From Moniliella sp. 'wahieum' (taxonomy: Eukaryota): a DNA stretch of 64,000 nucleotides. Shown one piece after another: positions 13,507 through 27,783 of this stretch. The stretch spans positions 682,001 through 746,000 of the forward strand of contig RSEE01000002.1 of assembly GCA_003971905.1 (NCBI GenBank). The letters run 5' to 3'. The translations under genes and the position numbers were made by a program. Each line of letters begins with the position of its first letter. Position 1 is the stretch's first letter. The notes below the pieces were generated by a model. The model saw only the letters and a program-made list of their open reading frames with translations. It was not told the origin of the DNA and searched no databases.

Positions 13507-16500
13507 TTCTCTCTGTATTGCCTCCCCCGCGATAGACGGCCATGGGCTTCATTGTTCGTCTAGTATGTCCTTGCCTTCCTCCCTACATCTGTATTCATGG
13601 CTTATTGAATGATGGATGTCCGGCGTCTATAACTGATGGGGCCGTGTGTTGGAGATGTGACGATGCTAAAAGAACAGGCTCGGGGGACGCAGGTGTGATC
13701 TTTCGATGGCGCTCGATTGAAAGTGGTGCGTGGAAGTAGTAGTTCTGTGAATATTGCGTGTGGCATGCGTAAGAAAGCCCTATCGTAGTGTTCGCACAGT
13801 GTAGACTTCTTCGAATGCATGCCCACATTGGAGGTGCCGACGGGCATGGCAGGTGCGTTTGTCAGCAAACTGTCTAAGAGACGCTGGGCGTGGATTGTCT
13901 TGGCCCCGTCGGTCCACTCAGCGCGACTCATGCAGCAGACTTGGCAGCAGCACTCAGCACTCGGCTGGAGAAGCAGAGCAAAAGGTGTTCATTTCGTCGC
14001 GACAGGCAAGCCCCAGTGAGTGGGGCCTTGTGATCTCGAACTTTTGCCACTGCAAAAGGCAGTAGATGGGGAGGGACCTACTACGTATACTAACGGACGG
14101 ACGCTCGTGTGTCGGCTGTTTTGCTTGGTGAAGAGTAGGCTCAGTTGAGGCACAGATGTATTACGCACGCCGATTGATGTGTAGTATGATTACACCAAAG
14201 TTGGGGTCGAGGAGGCAAAGCAAAAGCAAACAAAATTGTACTCATTAGTATAGCCAGCAGGCGCAAAAGGCATGGCGCCACCGACCGACTCTGGGTGTAG
14301 ATCAAGGCGTTGTGAAGAGTAGGGAGTACGGGTTGTTTGCGAGGGGGACCAGCGCCAGGGGGTGGACTACGTTGCGCGTAACAGAGGGAGTGAAAGACGG
14401 TGGCTCTGTATGGCGTGGAGAGGCCAATGAGGTCTTCAAGCTGCCAGGCGAAGAGATTGTGTCGGAGTGTGAGTGAGTGGGATGATTAATGATATTGGAC
14501 AGGCTTTTGGTTGTCGGCCGTGCGCGTGATGGCGAGGGAGGGAGAGACATGCTGACTGTGATGCGTTTGGTACCTGAGCGCCTGAGCGCCCATCGCGGTT
14601 TGAGTGGGGGGTAGAGATGGGAGGAGGAACCTGATTGGTTACAAGGTCGACATGCACTATAGAGTAGCTGCAACGCACTTACTACTACTACTCTTGACAT
14701 GAAAGCTGCGGGATATGAGGAGCCGGCGCGGACATTGAGGACCAAACTCAACACACCTATGCCTGATGAGAGAGACCTAAAGTTTGAAAGGCGCAAAGGG
14801 GTGCAGCAGGAGGGTTATACTCTAATCCAAGTACAGTGCGCTCTGCTGAGCCTCAGGCATCAAAGCGCTGTGCATGTGACGCAGCATACAGAGCTCACAA
14901 TCCGTATGGTGTAGTAGTACCGCGTCATAATAACGTCGGGGGCCGGGGTCCTGCAAACACTTCTTTCAACATGCACCCACCATGCCTTGTCTATCATAGG
15001 CCGAGAGAATGAGAGAGAACCTGAGAGGCCTGAGATGTGCTGCGATTGAAGGGGTCGATGGGCAATTGTTCCGTCAAACTTCCCACAGGGATCGGGAAGC
15101 ATGGCATGTCAAACCAGCCAACTTGTCGGGCATGGGCATGGCCGGAGGAGCGGGGGGAGATGAGGAGCACAAGTGGATTGAAGCGCTTAGAGCATCAGCA
15201 TCTGAGATTTTTTTGGTATGCACAAATGTCATACCCTGAATTATGAGTACAACACAGAAGAGTCCGTCAGTTTTTGTGTGCAGGACGTCTCGAACATAGT
15301 GTGCGGATGAGAGCAGTGTTGCCGAGTACTGTTGGTGTTGAACTTCAACGTTGAGACGTTGAGTGCGCTCTGAATTCAGACACCGTCAAAAGTACCCCAG
15401 TTCGCATCCGCCGACAGCTGTACTGGCCATCGGATTCATACAAATTGCCGTGTTTGGCACATGCAACGACGTGTGGCGTCGTCTCACGCACTCTTATCGA
15501 CCCCCACGCATCACCGGTCACCATCACCCAACATCAAGTACCTAACCTCCGACGTGTGTCGTCGCGGCCCCGGCGCCCAGGACACAGAAGAGATAGTGCT
15601 CGACGATCGATGATCGATGCCTGAGGATCGATGAGATCGATTATCACGGCGACAGGGACATGACGCGTGCCGTAGTGCCGATCGACAAGCTAGCCCAGGC
15701 GCTCCCGCGTATCTGAAACGAGGTGCTGCATGCTGAGGTGGTGATGCGGTTTGAAAAGCTAGTCACATTCGAAAAAAAACAGATTGCCTGGGATAGGGAG
15801 TGCGGAGCATGGGGTATGGAGATCGAGGATGCTCTGGCAGCCTACATGAGCTACATGGCGGATGGACCACCGAGGGTCCAAGCTTCAAGCTTTACGCTTC
15901 AATCTCTTCTTCGCATGCACATACATCTCCGGGGAAAGAACTCCAACTTCGGAGTGCTCCGTGCGTCGAGTAAGAGTAGTCAATACTCAGTGTACTCAGC
16001 TGAGTAGGGAGTACTTCGAGTACTGTTGAGTGGCGGTGTATACCGAGGCCCAGTCCTATACGTAGTTGAAGAGTGCCTCTCTCTAGCAGGTTACGTAGTC
16101 CCGGCGGAGGGGGAGGTGGTCTGAGATCTTTGAGTTCTGACCGGCTGACCTCTGACCGGTCTGACCAGTGATCAATTTCTATGGCCGGCGGGTGACGAGT
16201 TCTAGCCAACCTTGAAATTTCAGAGCGCTCAAGGCGCTCAAGGCGCTCAGGTTCCGCATTGCGGCCTAGGGTCTAGTAAGGCATACGCCGTCCTACGGCC
16301 CCCTATGCTTCCGATTAGCTTCAATTGGCCAGCTCTTGAAATGCGCCAGAACAGGGCTGGTGAGTACGAGGACGGAGTTAGCCAAGGTTAGTGCTAGTCG
16401 TGGGCGCGCTCGTGGCGCTGGTGCGGAATACAGGCTGCCCCCAGCAGCCCAACCGGTAATCGGGGTAACCGGGTCCCCCCGTCTGGGCGCCCCGGCGTGG

Positions 16501-17279
16501 GGAAGTGCGGCCGCGCGCCGCGCGCATGCTGGCTGCGCACCCCCAGCATGCTGCGTGCTGCCGGGCGCTGCGAGTGCTGCCCTGCTCTGCCCCCTGCTGC
16601 GCCCACTGTGCTCCGTTAGGCCGAAGCGGGGGGATGCGGTGACGCGCGATGGGTGACATGACTCAGCCACGCACATCGACAGTGTTGCAGCGCTTGGCGC
16701 CAGGCTGTGCGCTGCTGCGGCGCGGGCGCCTCTGACGCGCTGACGGGTTGCTAGTTAGTAGTTACTTGCTGCTAGTTACTAGTTACAGTTACCAGTTGCT
16801 GGCTACGGATGGCCCAGGCTGGCCCTGCTGGCCCGTCTGTGGCTGCGGCCACTGTGATGCATCCACGTGCATCATGCACCCGCCATCACCACATCACGCA
16901 GCCTCAGGCCCTGTGCCCGCCGCTGGATGCAGGATGCTTCAGCCTCACGCGTCACTAGTCACTCCAGCAGCACACAGCAGCCCTACTCCAGCATGTATCA
17001 TGCATCCCCACTCACCTCACCGCTCACCCCAGCAGCCCAGCCGTCGTCCCTACGTCAGTACTCAGTGCCACCTGGCACCCCCCTGACCCCACCATCTCCA
17101 GCTCCGTCTCCTTCTCCTTCTCCAGCTACGCCTCCATCCATCGTCCCTGCGCCATCGCCTCCACCGTCTCCGCATCCTTTCCCCGCCAGCCCGTTGCATT
17201 TGCCTCCCTTCCCTCTCCCCCCGTCGCCACCGCATCTGCTTTCCCCGCCTCCGCGTTGCTTCCCGCGGCGGGTGCTGCC

Positions 17280-19304
17280 ATGAGCTCCTCCGTCCAGCCG
17301 CACCTGCGGGCCACGCGCAGCTCCACCGGCCGCGCTTCGACCATGCCTCAGTCACCCCGCCAACTGATACATCCTCGCCTAACTCTGCCCCCCCGCTCAG
17401 CCTGTGCGTGCCCCTTGGGCGGTCGGGACTGCTTCGGCCGCTTTCGAGGTGCGCTTACTCGTCATTCCAAGTCCGCCTCCACCCCCCTCCCATCTACGCC
17501 CCTTTCCACCTCGCCATCTTCTTCGCTCCCAGTGCCCGCCCTCCCGTTTCGGGTGTCTTTGGCGTTCCGCTTTCCGAATCGACCGTGTGGCGTGGGCCCC
17601 GTGCCGAGCAGCTCTGGTCTTGCCCCGATGCGCGCGTGCCGGTTGTCGTGCTACGCATTGGATCCCTGCTCAAAGCACATGCGGTTCAGGTCGAGGGCAT
17701 CTTCCGCAAAGTAGGATCTCAGCGTCGCATGCGCGAATTACAAGCCGAGTTTGAGCTCGCCCCTCAATATGGCAAGCAAGTTGACTTTGGCATCGATCCG
17801 CCGTCGTCCAAGCCCTATTACACCGTCCACGACGCCGCCTGCGTGCTGCGCCGCTACCTCACCTCCCTTCCTGACCCCTTGGTACCCCTCGACCTATGGA
17901 CGGAATTTCGCCTGGCCTTGATCGCAAGCAACCCAGAGTACTATGGCATTCCTCCTGTCCCCGTCGCCGACGTGCACGCCCGTCCCTCTGTCGACAAATG
18001 GACTGCTGCCTCGACCGCTTCGGGGGGGCAGATTCTTGCCCCACTCTCTCTACTGGATCGCCCACCGCGGCTTCGGCGCGTCGCACTCCCATTCCTACTC
18101 TCATTCCCCTTCTCCTCCCGCTCTGGTTCGGACTTCACGTGGGCATGATGTGGATGCCGATGCAGGGAGTGCCAATGCTGGGTCTACGTCGAGTGCCAGC
18201 TGTTGGAGCAGGAGGTGGGGCCTCTACTGCATCTAGCTCGGCCGTGCCCATGCCTCCGCTGGAAATCATCCGTTTCGTCAGCTACTTGCCCAATGCCCCC
18301 GTCTGAACCGCGCGACCTGATTTTTTACCTCCTAGAGTTGCTTGCGGTTGTGGCTGCCAACCACCAGGTCAACTTGATGACGGCCGCCAACCTTGCTGTC
18401 ATCTTTCAGCCCAGTTTCTTCAACCACCCTTCCCTACTAGTCCACCCCGAGGAGCACAACTCGCTGTCCATGCGCTCGAGCTTCTCATCCTTCACACCAA
18501 GCCTTGCTTCCCGCTGCAGGCGCCTCCTCGTCGACACCGCCACCACTACCCGGGGCATATCGCTTTCCCAACCCCACCTCCACCCAGCGTTGTCTGAGGA
18601 GGAAGAGATCGAGATACAAGGAACCACCTCTTATGCTGCCAGCCCGAAACTGGTACTGTCTGCACCAGCGGAGACGTCGCCGCTGGCGCCAGGTCAACCT
18701 TCAGCGGGATGTGGCGCGGTGCTTCCAAATCCACAGCAGCGCTGGCTGCATCGGCATCACTGGTACCACTGTACCGTTCGACCTATTCAAGCACGCTGCC
18801 CCCTGCCTCCTCCGAATCACCCCTGAGTGGTGTAGGCTTACTACCTACCGCACCTACCACCCCAACCACCGTTACGACGACGACACCACCGATGGGTGGG
18901 ACCGCCGGGGGCGAGCGAACAGACGAGCTGCACCTGGGCTCGTATAGCACCCACAGCGGTCCCCGCAGCAGTAGTTTGACTGCGCCCACGACCACCAGCC
19001 CAAGTGGGAACGAATGTCGGCTTCTCCGTTGACTTCTCCGTCCTTGCTCTACACCCAGATTCCTCCCACTCCTCCACCCCAAGTCCTTCCTTTTCTCGCT
19101 ACTCGTGCTCCTGCACCATCAGCCAAGCGGAAACCGCCCAGGGCACGCATCATCTCTACTGCTCTCCCTCCCTCATTGGCAGATGAGGCCGAATCGGGAT
19201 CTCTCGCCACACCCACTGCGCCGAACGAGACGGAAAAAGAGGAAGCGATGAAGGCTCCTGTCACCTCGCTTGCACTTCAGGACGACCCGCGCTCCAGCAC
19301 GTAG
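17280..19304 (+). CDS. Rho GTPase-activating protein (Sac7/Bag7-like)
   Basis: VFGVPLSES...VPVVVLRIG, arginine finger EGIFRKVGS, YTVHDAACVLRRYLTSLPDPLVP and YLLELLAVVA...NLMTAANLAVIFQPS. Frameshifted; Ser/Thr-rich tail and termini uncertain. Confidence 0.9.
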
Positions 19305-22291
19305 AGGCATCCGGATCGCGATCTCAAAGGGCTCCAACCAATGCTAACGCACCATACGCCCATTCGGTCTTTCTCCCTCGGTCTCTGGGTCGCACCCTAA
19401 TACGTACCCTACGTACCCTCTGTACCCATCTACTGGCAAGAGCTTGCCATCCGTCCGACCGGCGCCTGGGCTGAGCGAGTTTGGGGAAAAACCGCCGAAT
19501 CGGAGAGGTCGCAAAGCCAGTCTTCCCTTCACCTCGCTCCTCCAGTGCTTCCACCAGTTCTTCCCCCAGTCGACGGAAGAATTCATGGACCAGCGGCTGC
19601 TCGGGCGCAACCTGTTCTCTTCGCCTCATGCTACATCCCCCACTGCCGTCGCAGCAAGCTCCCCCCCGTGCGCGTGCGCGTGCGCCTGCACCTGCGCCTG
19701 TGCCCACTCCCCCCTGTGTCCGCGCTGCCACGCACCGTCCCATTGGCCACCGCCCCGGCATCCAAGGAACCGGTAGCCGGAACAGGTCCCGTGGCTGAAC
19801 TCGGCTTGCGGCCCGGCGGACGACCGCTGCGAGAGGCCTGGCGTTTCGTCACCCCCTCGCGTTCTGCTTCGGGCCGTCGCTTCCCTCGCGCTGCGTCGTG
19901 TCGCAGCGCGGCCGCGGTTTCCCGCTCGGCGTCGCACCGTTCGGCCCACTCGGCACGCGCGCTCCGACCCAACCCACCTAGGGGGTTGGTCGTACTAAGC
20001 TAAGGTATCAACTGAGCCTCAGCTGTCCGACTGTATGCTCCTCATCACGCTGTGCCCCCCCACTTTCCTGCCCTCGAACGTTGGATTGTGCAATGTAGAT
20101 GGACACGGTACTCGGTCCTCGACTCACGCTCGAGCTCGACATTTTCCCGTAACGCATCAGCTTCCAGCTTGACATTGGACACTTTTCTTCTGGTCCCTCT
20201 GGTCTGTTGGTTTTTTTCTTTTCGTTGATCTCTTTTTGGACACTTTTGGGATACCCCCGGTGCCTTGCTGGACCCTCGGCTGTAGACCTGGCAATGGGCC
20301 TTTGGCTGGCACCCCGACCTCTTTTCCCTGTATCTGGGGGACCCCCTGCATTTAATGAAACAGATCAAGGCGCCGCCTGCGATCACTCCACCGCCTCTTG
20401 TCGTCGTAGATGCCGGAGACGTAAGACCTCAGGTGAGGTCATGGGAGCAGAGATGGAGGAACCTCAACTCGGCTCAGGCCTCACCTGATCGATGAACGTT
20501 CAACAACGTGGGCGAGCTTCGGTTGTTTTGCAATTTGAACATGCCCGGTCCACCTGCTGCGTAGGTGCATAGGTCAGCAGCATTTTCGCATTACTAACAG
20601 GCAGAGTAGGGTTGTTGTTCATCTCTTCAACCGCGGGAAGAGCACTATTCCGATGCATCTTCGTCTGTTCCTGAAGCTTCCTCCGCGCTTCCACCATGGC
20701 ACCCTCTTCCTTCTTCCGCCGGCCACCAAGCCGCGTCATAAACGCGCCATGACCAGCCTCGCTTTGGCGCCACTTTGTTGCTGCTGTGGGCGTCGTGGCT
20801 GTCTCGCCTGCCTACCGTGTCCAGCTCGCCCGTTGGGCCACAGCCAAGTGACGCTCGACGACCAGGAACCGCAGGTCGTTCGTGCATCGCTCCCCTGTCA
20901 GACGGGGGAAAAGGTGCCGTTGTCATCGGCTGCACGACATCGTTGGATTGAAATTGCGCCTAGCAAGTAATTCGTTCCCTTGGGTTTTGTTTGCCTTGTC
21001 TATCTCGATATCTGCTGATGCGGTCCATACCTACTCTTGATTAATGATTCCCACCCGTACGTGTTTTCATGTCCTTCTGCGCCCTTGGCCTTCTTTTGGT
21101 AGATGCTTTTCTTATCATACATGTTAGACTACTGAGGCCCTTTTCACGGTACTTTGGCGACACCTACTCGTCTGATCTCCCCTACCCTCCTGCCCTTGCC
21201 TATCGTGGCGCCGTGGTGCTGACCCCAGTTTGTTATGCCCCAGGCCGTGCTCTCATCTGGTGGGCCCCGCTCCGCTTTGCAATGTGTAATTTATGTGCAT
21301 CCTGTATCGCTGTGCCCTGTGCTCGTATCCTCAAGCGGGAAAGCCGCGTGACTCCTTGGTGGTGGGCCCTCCTGCCTCTGGGCCATGCCTGTATGGCATC
21401 GTAATGGGCCCCGCCATGGATTTAGGAATGCGTTTCTTCAGCAAATGGTGACAGGAGACCAGCGGACCCATTTTTGGTAGCAGAGCACTAGTCTCCGTCG
21501 GAGAGCTGGTTTGCACCACAATCAAGACGAATGGGCCTCGTATACCATGCATAACACGAGAGAAACCAGTTCGCTCTCGTAAGAACAACTCCCGAAACCG
21601 TGAGGGGTGGCGTCGACAAGAGAACTAAGCACTAGAGATCGCATGATCCTAAGCACCACCTCGCTGCCGCAAGCACTTGTCTAGCGTTGGCCACGCCTCG
21701 CTTTGGGCCACCGTCGAGTCCAACACGGCGTTGTCCTAGGATGGTAGAAATAAGAGTAAGTTTCTGTGCCCTCCAGAAGCAAGTGAGGCCTGAGGGCATA
21801 CCAGAAGAGATTTGATGTTTGTGTGGCGCCTCGAGACGCTGAGCGTATCGGGGATCATTGCCCGCGCCTGAGCGACAACGGTGCGCTGTTGGCGCAGCTT
21901 GGGCTCGTCTACCCGCCTTGTCCCACTTTTCCAGCGTGGCTTGCTCCGTAGCCGCTTCGGAGTGGTAGTAGCCCCACTTCCTTGGTTAGGCGTTTAACGA
22001 CGCCCGATTGGATGGAAATTTGCCGTTCGACACGGGCTGTGTCCGAGGCCTATGGGAGAGGCAGTGCTGGTGGGCAAGCAAGTGGCTCGGCGGGTTGAAA
22101 CGAACATCCAAGCTCCAAGGCAGTCGGGGTGGTGGCGCATGCACTTAATTACCCCATTCCGCCCCATTCCGCTGGGGACGGTGTGCCGAGCGAATGCGGC
22201 CTGGGCTAGGTTGTGTGGCATGCGAGATGAGTCTCCGCGTGCGAAGGCGACGACCACCTTTCTATCTTCCAGCAACACCCCCGTCGCCGCC

Positions 22292-25200
22292 ATGGAGATG
22301 GACGTTGACGCCCTGGAGCTCTATCCGATCCCAGTTTCCCCCAACCATCTTTAATCGCGCCCCCAAATGATGTGGATGCCCCCCGGGGGATCCAGCGTCC
22401 GAGACTACGACGTTGGATGGCTTGGGCCCTTCTCCAGTCGGCGCGGCTGCGCTCCCAAGGCGGCGCAGGAGGTCTTCACGCTCACCTCCCACGCCGCCAC
22501 TTCTGGCATGAACGTACAACTGGTGCGTCGATGTTCCTGTTGCTCCCCTCTCATACTGTGCATGGCTTGCTCATCCCCGCTTTCCGATGCCTCTAGTGGG
22601 CCTCTCTCATGGGGCGTCTGCGTGATCGTACCCCTGGCTGGTCCGCTGCCTGGGTTGCCGACGCACTTGTCCGCCTCCTGGCCGAGTGCGATGCGTTCTT
22701 CGTCCTGTTCTTGCTTCTTATCTGGGGGCGGCCCTCCGTTCAGACACGCTGGTGGGGTATGACGATGTAGAGCTTGCGCTGTCCAAGTGGCTTTCTCGGC
22801 AGCGGGTACAGCCTGCAGCGGTGGTCTGAAGCTCTGCCCGCGTGGTCTACCATCGGCAGCCTCCTTGCGACCACCCTCCACCACCATCTCCCCCCTGGAT
22901 TAGAACCATCACTGGAGGACATGGATTCCTGGCCCGTGTCAGATCTGGTCACATCGTTCCAATCGATCAATCTCCTTTTCAGTTGCTCACTTCGATGCAA
23001 CTCCCACCCCCGATACGCCTGCGCTCATATTTGTCTTGGTGCGCATTCTCGGGCACCAGCTGTTTCCTAGAGTCGATCGTGCCGTACCACCTGACTGGGC
23101 ATCTTCTACCTCGCCTCCCCCGGCCCAGATGGAAAACCGCGAACCTGCTTCACACGCAAATCTCGCAATCAACTAGCCTTCTGGTGAACCAAGCCAATGC
23201 GTTTGTTTCTCCGTCTTCCCCTCACTGGAAAGAGAACTTTCTCAGACAATTATGGTCGCCAATGGCCTTCTGAGTCGTCTTTCCCCCTTGTGGCAAGGGC
23301 ATCACGCTCTCGCTGCCCCTGAAGTTGTTCAAGATGTCGCCCCTGACCCACATTTAGTCGCTCTGGTCACCACCCGACCACATCTTCAACTCGCTCTCGC
23401 CATTCCTGCTCTCCTCCAGGGCCTCGCCTCTCCGAGAATATGGTTGCTCTCCAGACCATCCACTCTGACACTGCGGTAGTAATTGCTAACCTGTCGGACC
23501 CCGGATTGCCTTGGGATGCCAAACTGCATCTACTCCAAGCGTTGGCTCGCACCCGTCACACTGCTCCTGCACAGATGGGAAAAGTAACCACCCCCCCCCA
23601 CACCCCCTCTGCCCCAGATGTATTCAACACGGTTGCGTTTGAGCTCTTACACGCTGCCACCGTGTACGCACATGCTGCTCTTCCTCACCGGGAGGCGCTG
23701 TGGTAAGCATTAGCATTCTGTGTGCGGTGCTTCCAGCACTCTTGGAACAGGTGCCATCTGCTTTGACAGCAGAGCCGGGGATCCAACTGACTTGCGACTC
23801 GGCGTTACGTGCTGTGCTGCTTCTTGATGCCGAGCTGTTTCGGGCAATCGAGTCGTTCGGTCCATCCCAAGCGGGTGCGCCCAGCAGTACTGGGTAGCCA
23901 ACGGTGGGATGGACCTGGGGGAGGCACAACGACCTGTTCGAACTTTCCTCCTTCGCTCGCTCGAGGAGCATCACCTCCTCTCGGTCGAAGTAGTTCACGA
24001 CATTCCTCTTCAGACCCGGCTATCAGCCTGGCATACTCCGAGGCAACGAGTACCAGTGCCATATGAGAGCGAACAGCAAGATTTGGCCCTCACGTCACTA
24101 ATTGAGCAGTGGGTTTCCTCTGAACCCCCGTCAGAGGTGCTGGCCAAGCTCATCACTGATTTTGGCTCGGCCCCTTTGCTTATGGCCAGTCAAAGCCCAC
24201 ATCACTGCATCCTTGATGGGACGAGACGTGGAGGCGGCCTCGGCTTGGTGCTCGGCGTTGATTCACCCTTACCCCCAAGCTGAGGGACAAGTCAGTCCCG
24301 CCTCGCACCTTACGCCCTCGGTCCCAATGGGGGCAAAAGGCTTGGCGTTGGCACTGATGCTGTGCCCGGGACGGGATTAGGGGCCAGAGCTAAAGCAGGC
24401 GCCTCTATGCCTCTGGACGCTGTTTTGCTCTTTTGCACACCTGAGCAGCTCATACCCCTATGTGCACTTGGCTAGCCAACGACTGTACCTCTGAATATGC
24501 AGGGGAAGAAGCCCGAGCGGTTGGGGGATTGGTTCTCTTTCTCCAATTCGTCACATCTGTTTACAGTACCCACTTGTCCCCCACGCTCCCTCCCGGCTCG
24601 GCGGGATCATTGACTTCATCGCCCGCTGTCTCTGTAGTACTACGGTCGGCGCGTTCTTCTACCTCGGCTACCTCGTGTACTTCTGCTGTCCAGCCCGAAC
24701 CGCTCATCTCCCGTTGGGTCACTGCTCTGTTTGGATCCGGAGGCATATCGGATGATCTGTTGCAGGACTCCCCACCGCATGTGCTCGTCCAGCTCACTCC
24801 GATTCTCTTTGACCAATCGATCCGTGCTGCGCAAAGGGGCCTCTTGGACTCGGACACTCTCCGCTCGGGCTTGACCTACTTTTTGGAGGACCCATTGCAT
24901 TACACGTTGCCCGCAGCCATATTTTGGTTGGTGCGGCAAATTTGGACCACGCCAGCCTTTTCCCCAGTGGCCAGCCAGCAGAAGACCGCGTTGCGACTCC
25001 AGGATTGGCCGATGCCTCACCCCTCGCGACGCCGGTCTAACCCCCTGGCCGTTGCCCCAGCCAGCTGGGTGCATGCAACAGCGCACCGCAAGGCCATGTT
25101 GAGTGAGATTCTGATTATGCTCCTGCGAAGCGACAAGTGTCCGTTGCCCGTTCGTGCGATTGTTGCGCCCGATGTGCTGGCGCTCCCGAGCGATATTCTT

Positions 25201-25894
25201 CTTCCTCTTAGGGGGGAAACGAGCCCGTCCGCCGATCCGGCTCAGGTGGAGGCTCAAGTCAAGATGATAAGGCGGCGCTCCAGCGCTTCCAGGTCCTGCT
25301 CAAGACGGCTTGGTCTACCCTCCACCGTGGGCCTGGGGATTCTGGGTTGAGACTGCTCCTTCAGGCTAGCCAACGACCCGCTTGGGCCCAAGCCAGCGTC
25401 CTTCTTCCCTCTTGCACCATTCCACCGAAAACGAGGATCGAAAAACTATTGATCGCAATCCCAGGTCCCAACCAGGACTTGAGCCCCTTTGTCGCATCGT
25501 TGGCCGGCATGGTTCTCCTTTCCCCAACGCGTTGTTACCAGCTGTGATGCATGCTTCAGCTCATACCCTGGAACCCATCTCGGTTGCCGTCACGGTTCTG
25601 GCTACATTCGTGCGGCTGGGACTTGGTGCTGCTTCGTCGGACGGGGCGGGTGGATTGTCGCCATCGGATGTTTCCGAAGTGGCTTGTTTCCTTGCCTCGC
25701 GCCTGGGCCGGTTGCGCAAAATCCGATCGACTTGCCGTCGGGCACGAGAAAGACCCTTCTCCTACTTGTTGAAGCTGCAGGAGCAATTCCCCCTCCCGCC
25801 TCCAGCGGAGAATGACGCTCTCACGCCCAAGACTCATGGGTGGGTTGCGCTGAAAGAAGTGCTGACGTTGGACCACGAAGCATTCGTGGTGTAA
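22292..25894 (+). CDS. MED5: Mediator subunit Med5 (Nut1)
   Basis: Block LISRWVTALFGSGGISDDLLQDSPPHVLVQLTPILFDQSIRAAQRGLLDSDTLRSGLTYFLEDPLHYTLPAAIFWL matches the recalled fungal Med5 pattern. Flanked by Leu-rich ORF pieces over about 3.6 kb; many frameshifts, start uncertain. Confidence 0.75.
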
Positions 25895-26623
25895 TTCCCT
25901 CCCTTGCTGTCCAGCCAAATCGCCATTAACGCCAATGATGTGGTCAAGGTCAACATGTACATTTTCGTTGGATCTCGGCAATTGACGCGTGCCATTGACA
26001 TTGACAATCCTCTGGTACCTACAGGGGGCGGGGGCAGGGTTCTTTCCTCCCTCTCTCCCCGCCTATGCCTCTCTCGGCTCCCTACTAGCAGTCTTTAACA
26101 GTGAAGGCAATGCGTCTAGCGTTACTCCACCTCTGGAACACGGTTCTTTTTTCCTCTCTTCCCTCATGTTAGCGCAGCCAATATCTATCAACTAATGCCC
26201 TCCAAGCCCCGCAGGCTTATTGACCTGGTGGCTCTTCAAAGGAGTTACAGACGATAGGACACTCATGGGAAGAAGAACGTGCTCTCAGGGTGAAGATACC
26301 AGATTGAGGGGGGGAGGCCGCGGTGAGGCCTCTTATGATTCTTGCTTAGCTACCACAGTTTCCCTCCAAAATCCTTCCGCCGAAAGGTCCAATGGCGAAA
26401 AAAACCGCTGTTCCCATTGCATAGCCTGCATAATCCGTTCGATTCTTCGCCTTCTGCCATGTTGGCCATCCATCTATGTGAGAAGTAGCGCGCATACAAT
26501 GCATAGGATTGTGTTTTGATCCACGGCCAACTGCCAGTGAGAGGACAGGTACATGCTGGTCGCCTGCGCCCGAGCGAGCGGCATACCAATGGTGGGGTAG
26601 AGGGGCCAACCCAGCAAGCGCAC

Positions 26624-27515
26624 TTAGAGCTCGCCAGCAGCAAACGCAGCCTTCTTGGCGCGATGCGCTCCTTGCGTTGGGCGTAAGTGAGCTTGACCTG
26701 CTTGAACTTGAGCGACTCCTTCTTCCAGTGCTCCACGTCCTTCTTGGTGGGCTCAAAGTCGGGGTTCTCCCGAATCTGCTCGTACGCCTTCTCGTAGATC
26801 TCCTCAATGTCGTCGGACGAGATGTCGTCGGCAAGGTACGAAGCAAAGTGCTTCTTGAAGCGCTCATCGTCCTCCTCCTCAAGCGACTCCATAAACTCGG
26901 CCACGTGTCCGCCAAAGATGTGCGGAGAACGTCAGCGTCAAGCTCCTTCTCCTCGGCATCGTAACCAGGGAAGCGCTTGGGCGAGTGGGGCACAAAGAGA
27001 CCACCGTCCGACGCACCCTTCATGGCGGCAAACACGCGCGATCCGGTCGACGTGCGCTTGAGACCGACATCAAGGAACACCTTGAAGGGACGAGGAGCAC
27101 CTTCCTCCTCCAATGCCTCCGTCTCGGTGAACTCACCGTCGGGCTCGGCCACACCTTCGTACTTCTCGTCCAGGCCCAGCTTCTTGAGCGCACGGCGGGC
27201 AACCAAGAGACCCGTGGCGTAGGCGGCCGTCCAGTTGGACAGGCCGTGGTTAATGCCGTACTTGGGCAGCTCCTTAGAGTGCGCGTGGGCAAACACAACG
27301 TCGCCCTGGATCTTGGCCGCGACAATCTGCACCGTCACGTACTTGTTGGAGAAACGGACGACGAGGCGGTACTTGGGCGCATTGTACTTGTTCTTGGCCT
27401 GGGTCACCAGGGCGCGGCGGGCCGCAAAGTCCGTCTTGCCCTCACGGCGACGACGGTACTTGACTTGGTACCGCGAGAAGTAAGCGGAGGTCTTGACTTG
27501 CTTGACGAACGCCAT
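26624..27515 (-). CDS. RPL5: 60S ribosomal protein L5 (uL18)
   Basis: MAFVKQVKTSAYFSRYQVKYRRRREGKTD, KYRLVVRFSN, FLDVGLKRTSTGSRVFAAMKGASDGGL and IFGGHVAEFMESLEEED. No intron seen; indels near 26925 and 26660. Confidence 0.98.
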
Positions 27516-27578
27516 TGGGGCCGATGGGGTAGAGACCTAGACCGGCAGCTGGCTTGGCGGCCAACGAAGGAGGGCGTA

Positions 27579-27588
27579 ACCCTACCCT
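27579..27588. promoter_or_regulatory. Homol E-like box (ACCCTACCCT) in the RPL5/RPL15 bidirectional promoter
   Basis: Exact ACCCTACCCT in the 268-bp divergent spacer, with a partial inverted copy GTAGGGTT at about 27688-27695. Homol E is a known fungal ribosomal-protein promoter element. Confidence 0.65.
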
Positions 27589-27783
27589 GCCCTCTCGTCT
27601 CCTTTGCTCCAGCGGCGGCGCGAGATACACAGAGGCGCCATGCGGGCAGGCGGCAACGAAATCCCAGGTGCTGCGGCGTATTTAATAGTAGGGTTGTCCC
27701 TGCGGATTCTCTTCGCAACTTGGAGGCCCTTGGCTCAGTGCAGCTGGTGCTCGCCTGACGTCTGCCGCCAGCCACAGCCAACG

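Noticed and set aside
19324..20040. Possible minus-strand gene (EQPLVHEFFRRLGEELVEAL...)
   Set aside because: Protein-like fragment with no recognisable family or defensible start.
20500..20560. GATA-like zinc finger (RACSNCKTTE) on the minus strand
   Set aside because: Only the first CxxC is visible; I found no W-R-R or second CNAC half in nearby frames.
27577..27590. Telomeric repeat (TAACCCTA)
   Set aside because: Single unit in an RP promoter, better explained as a Homol E box.
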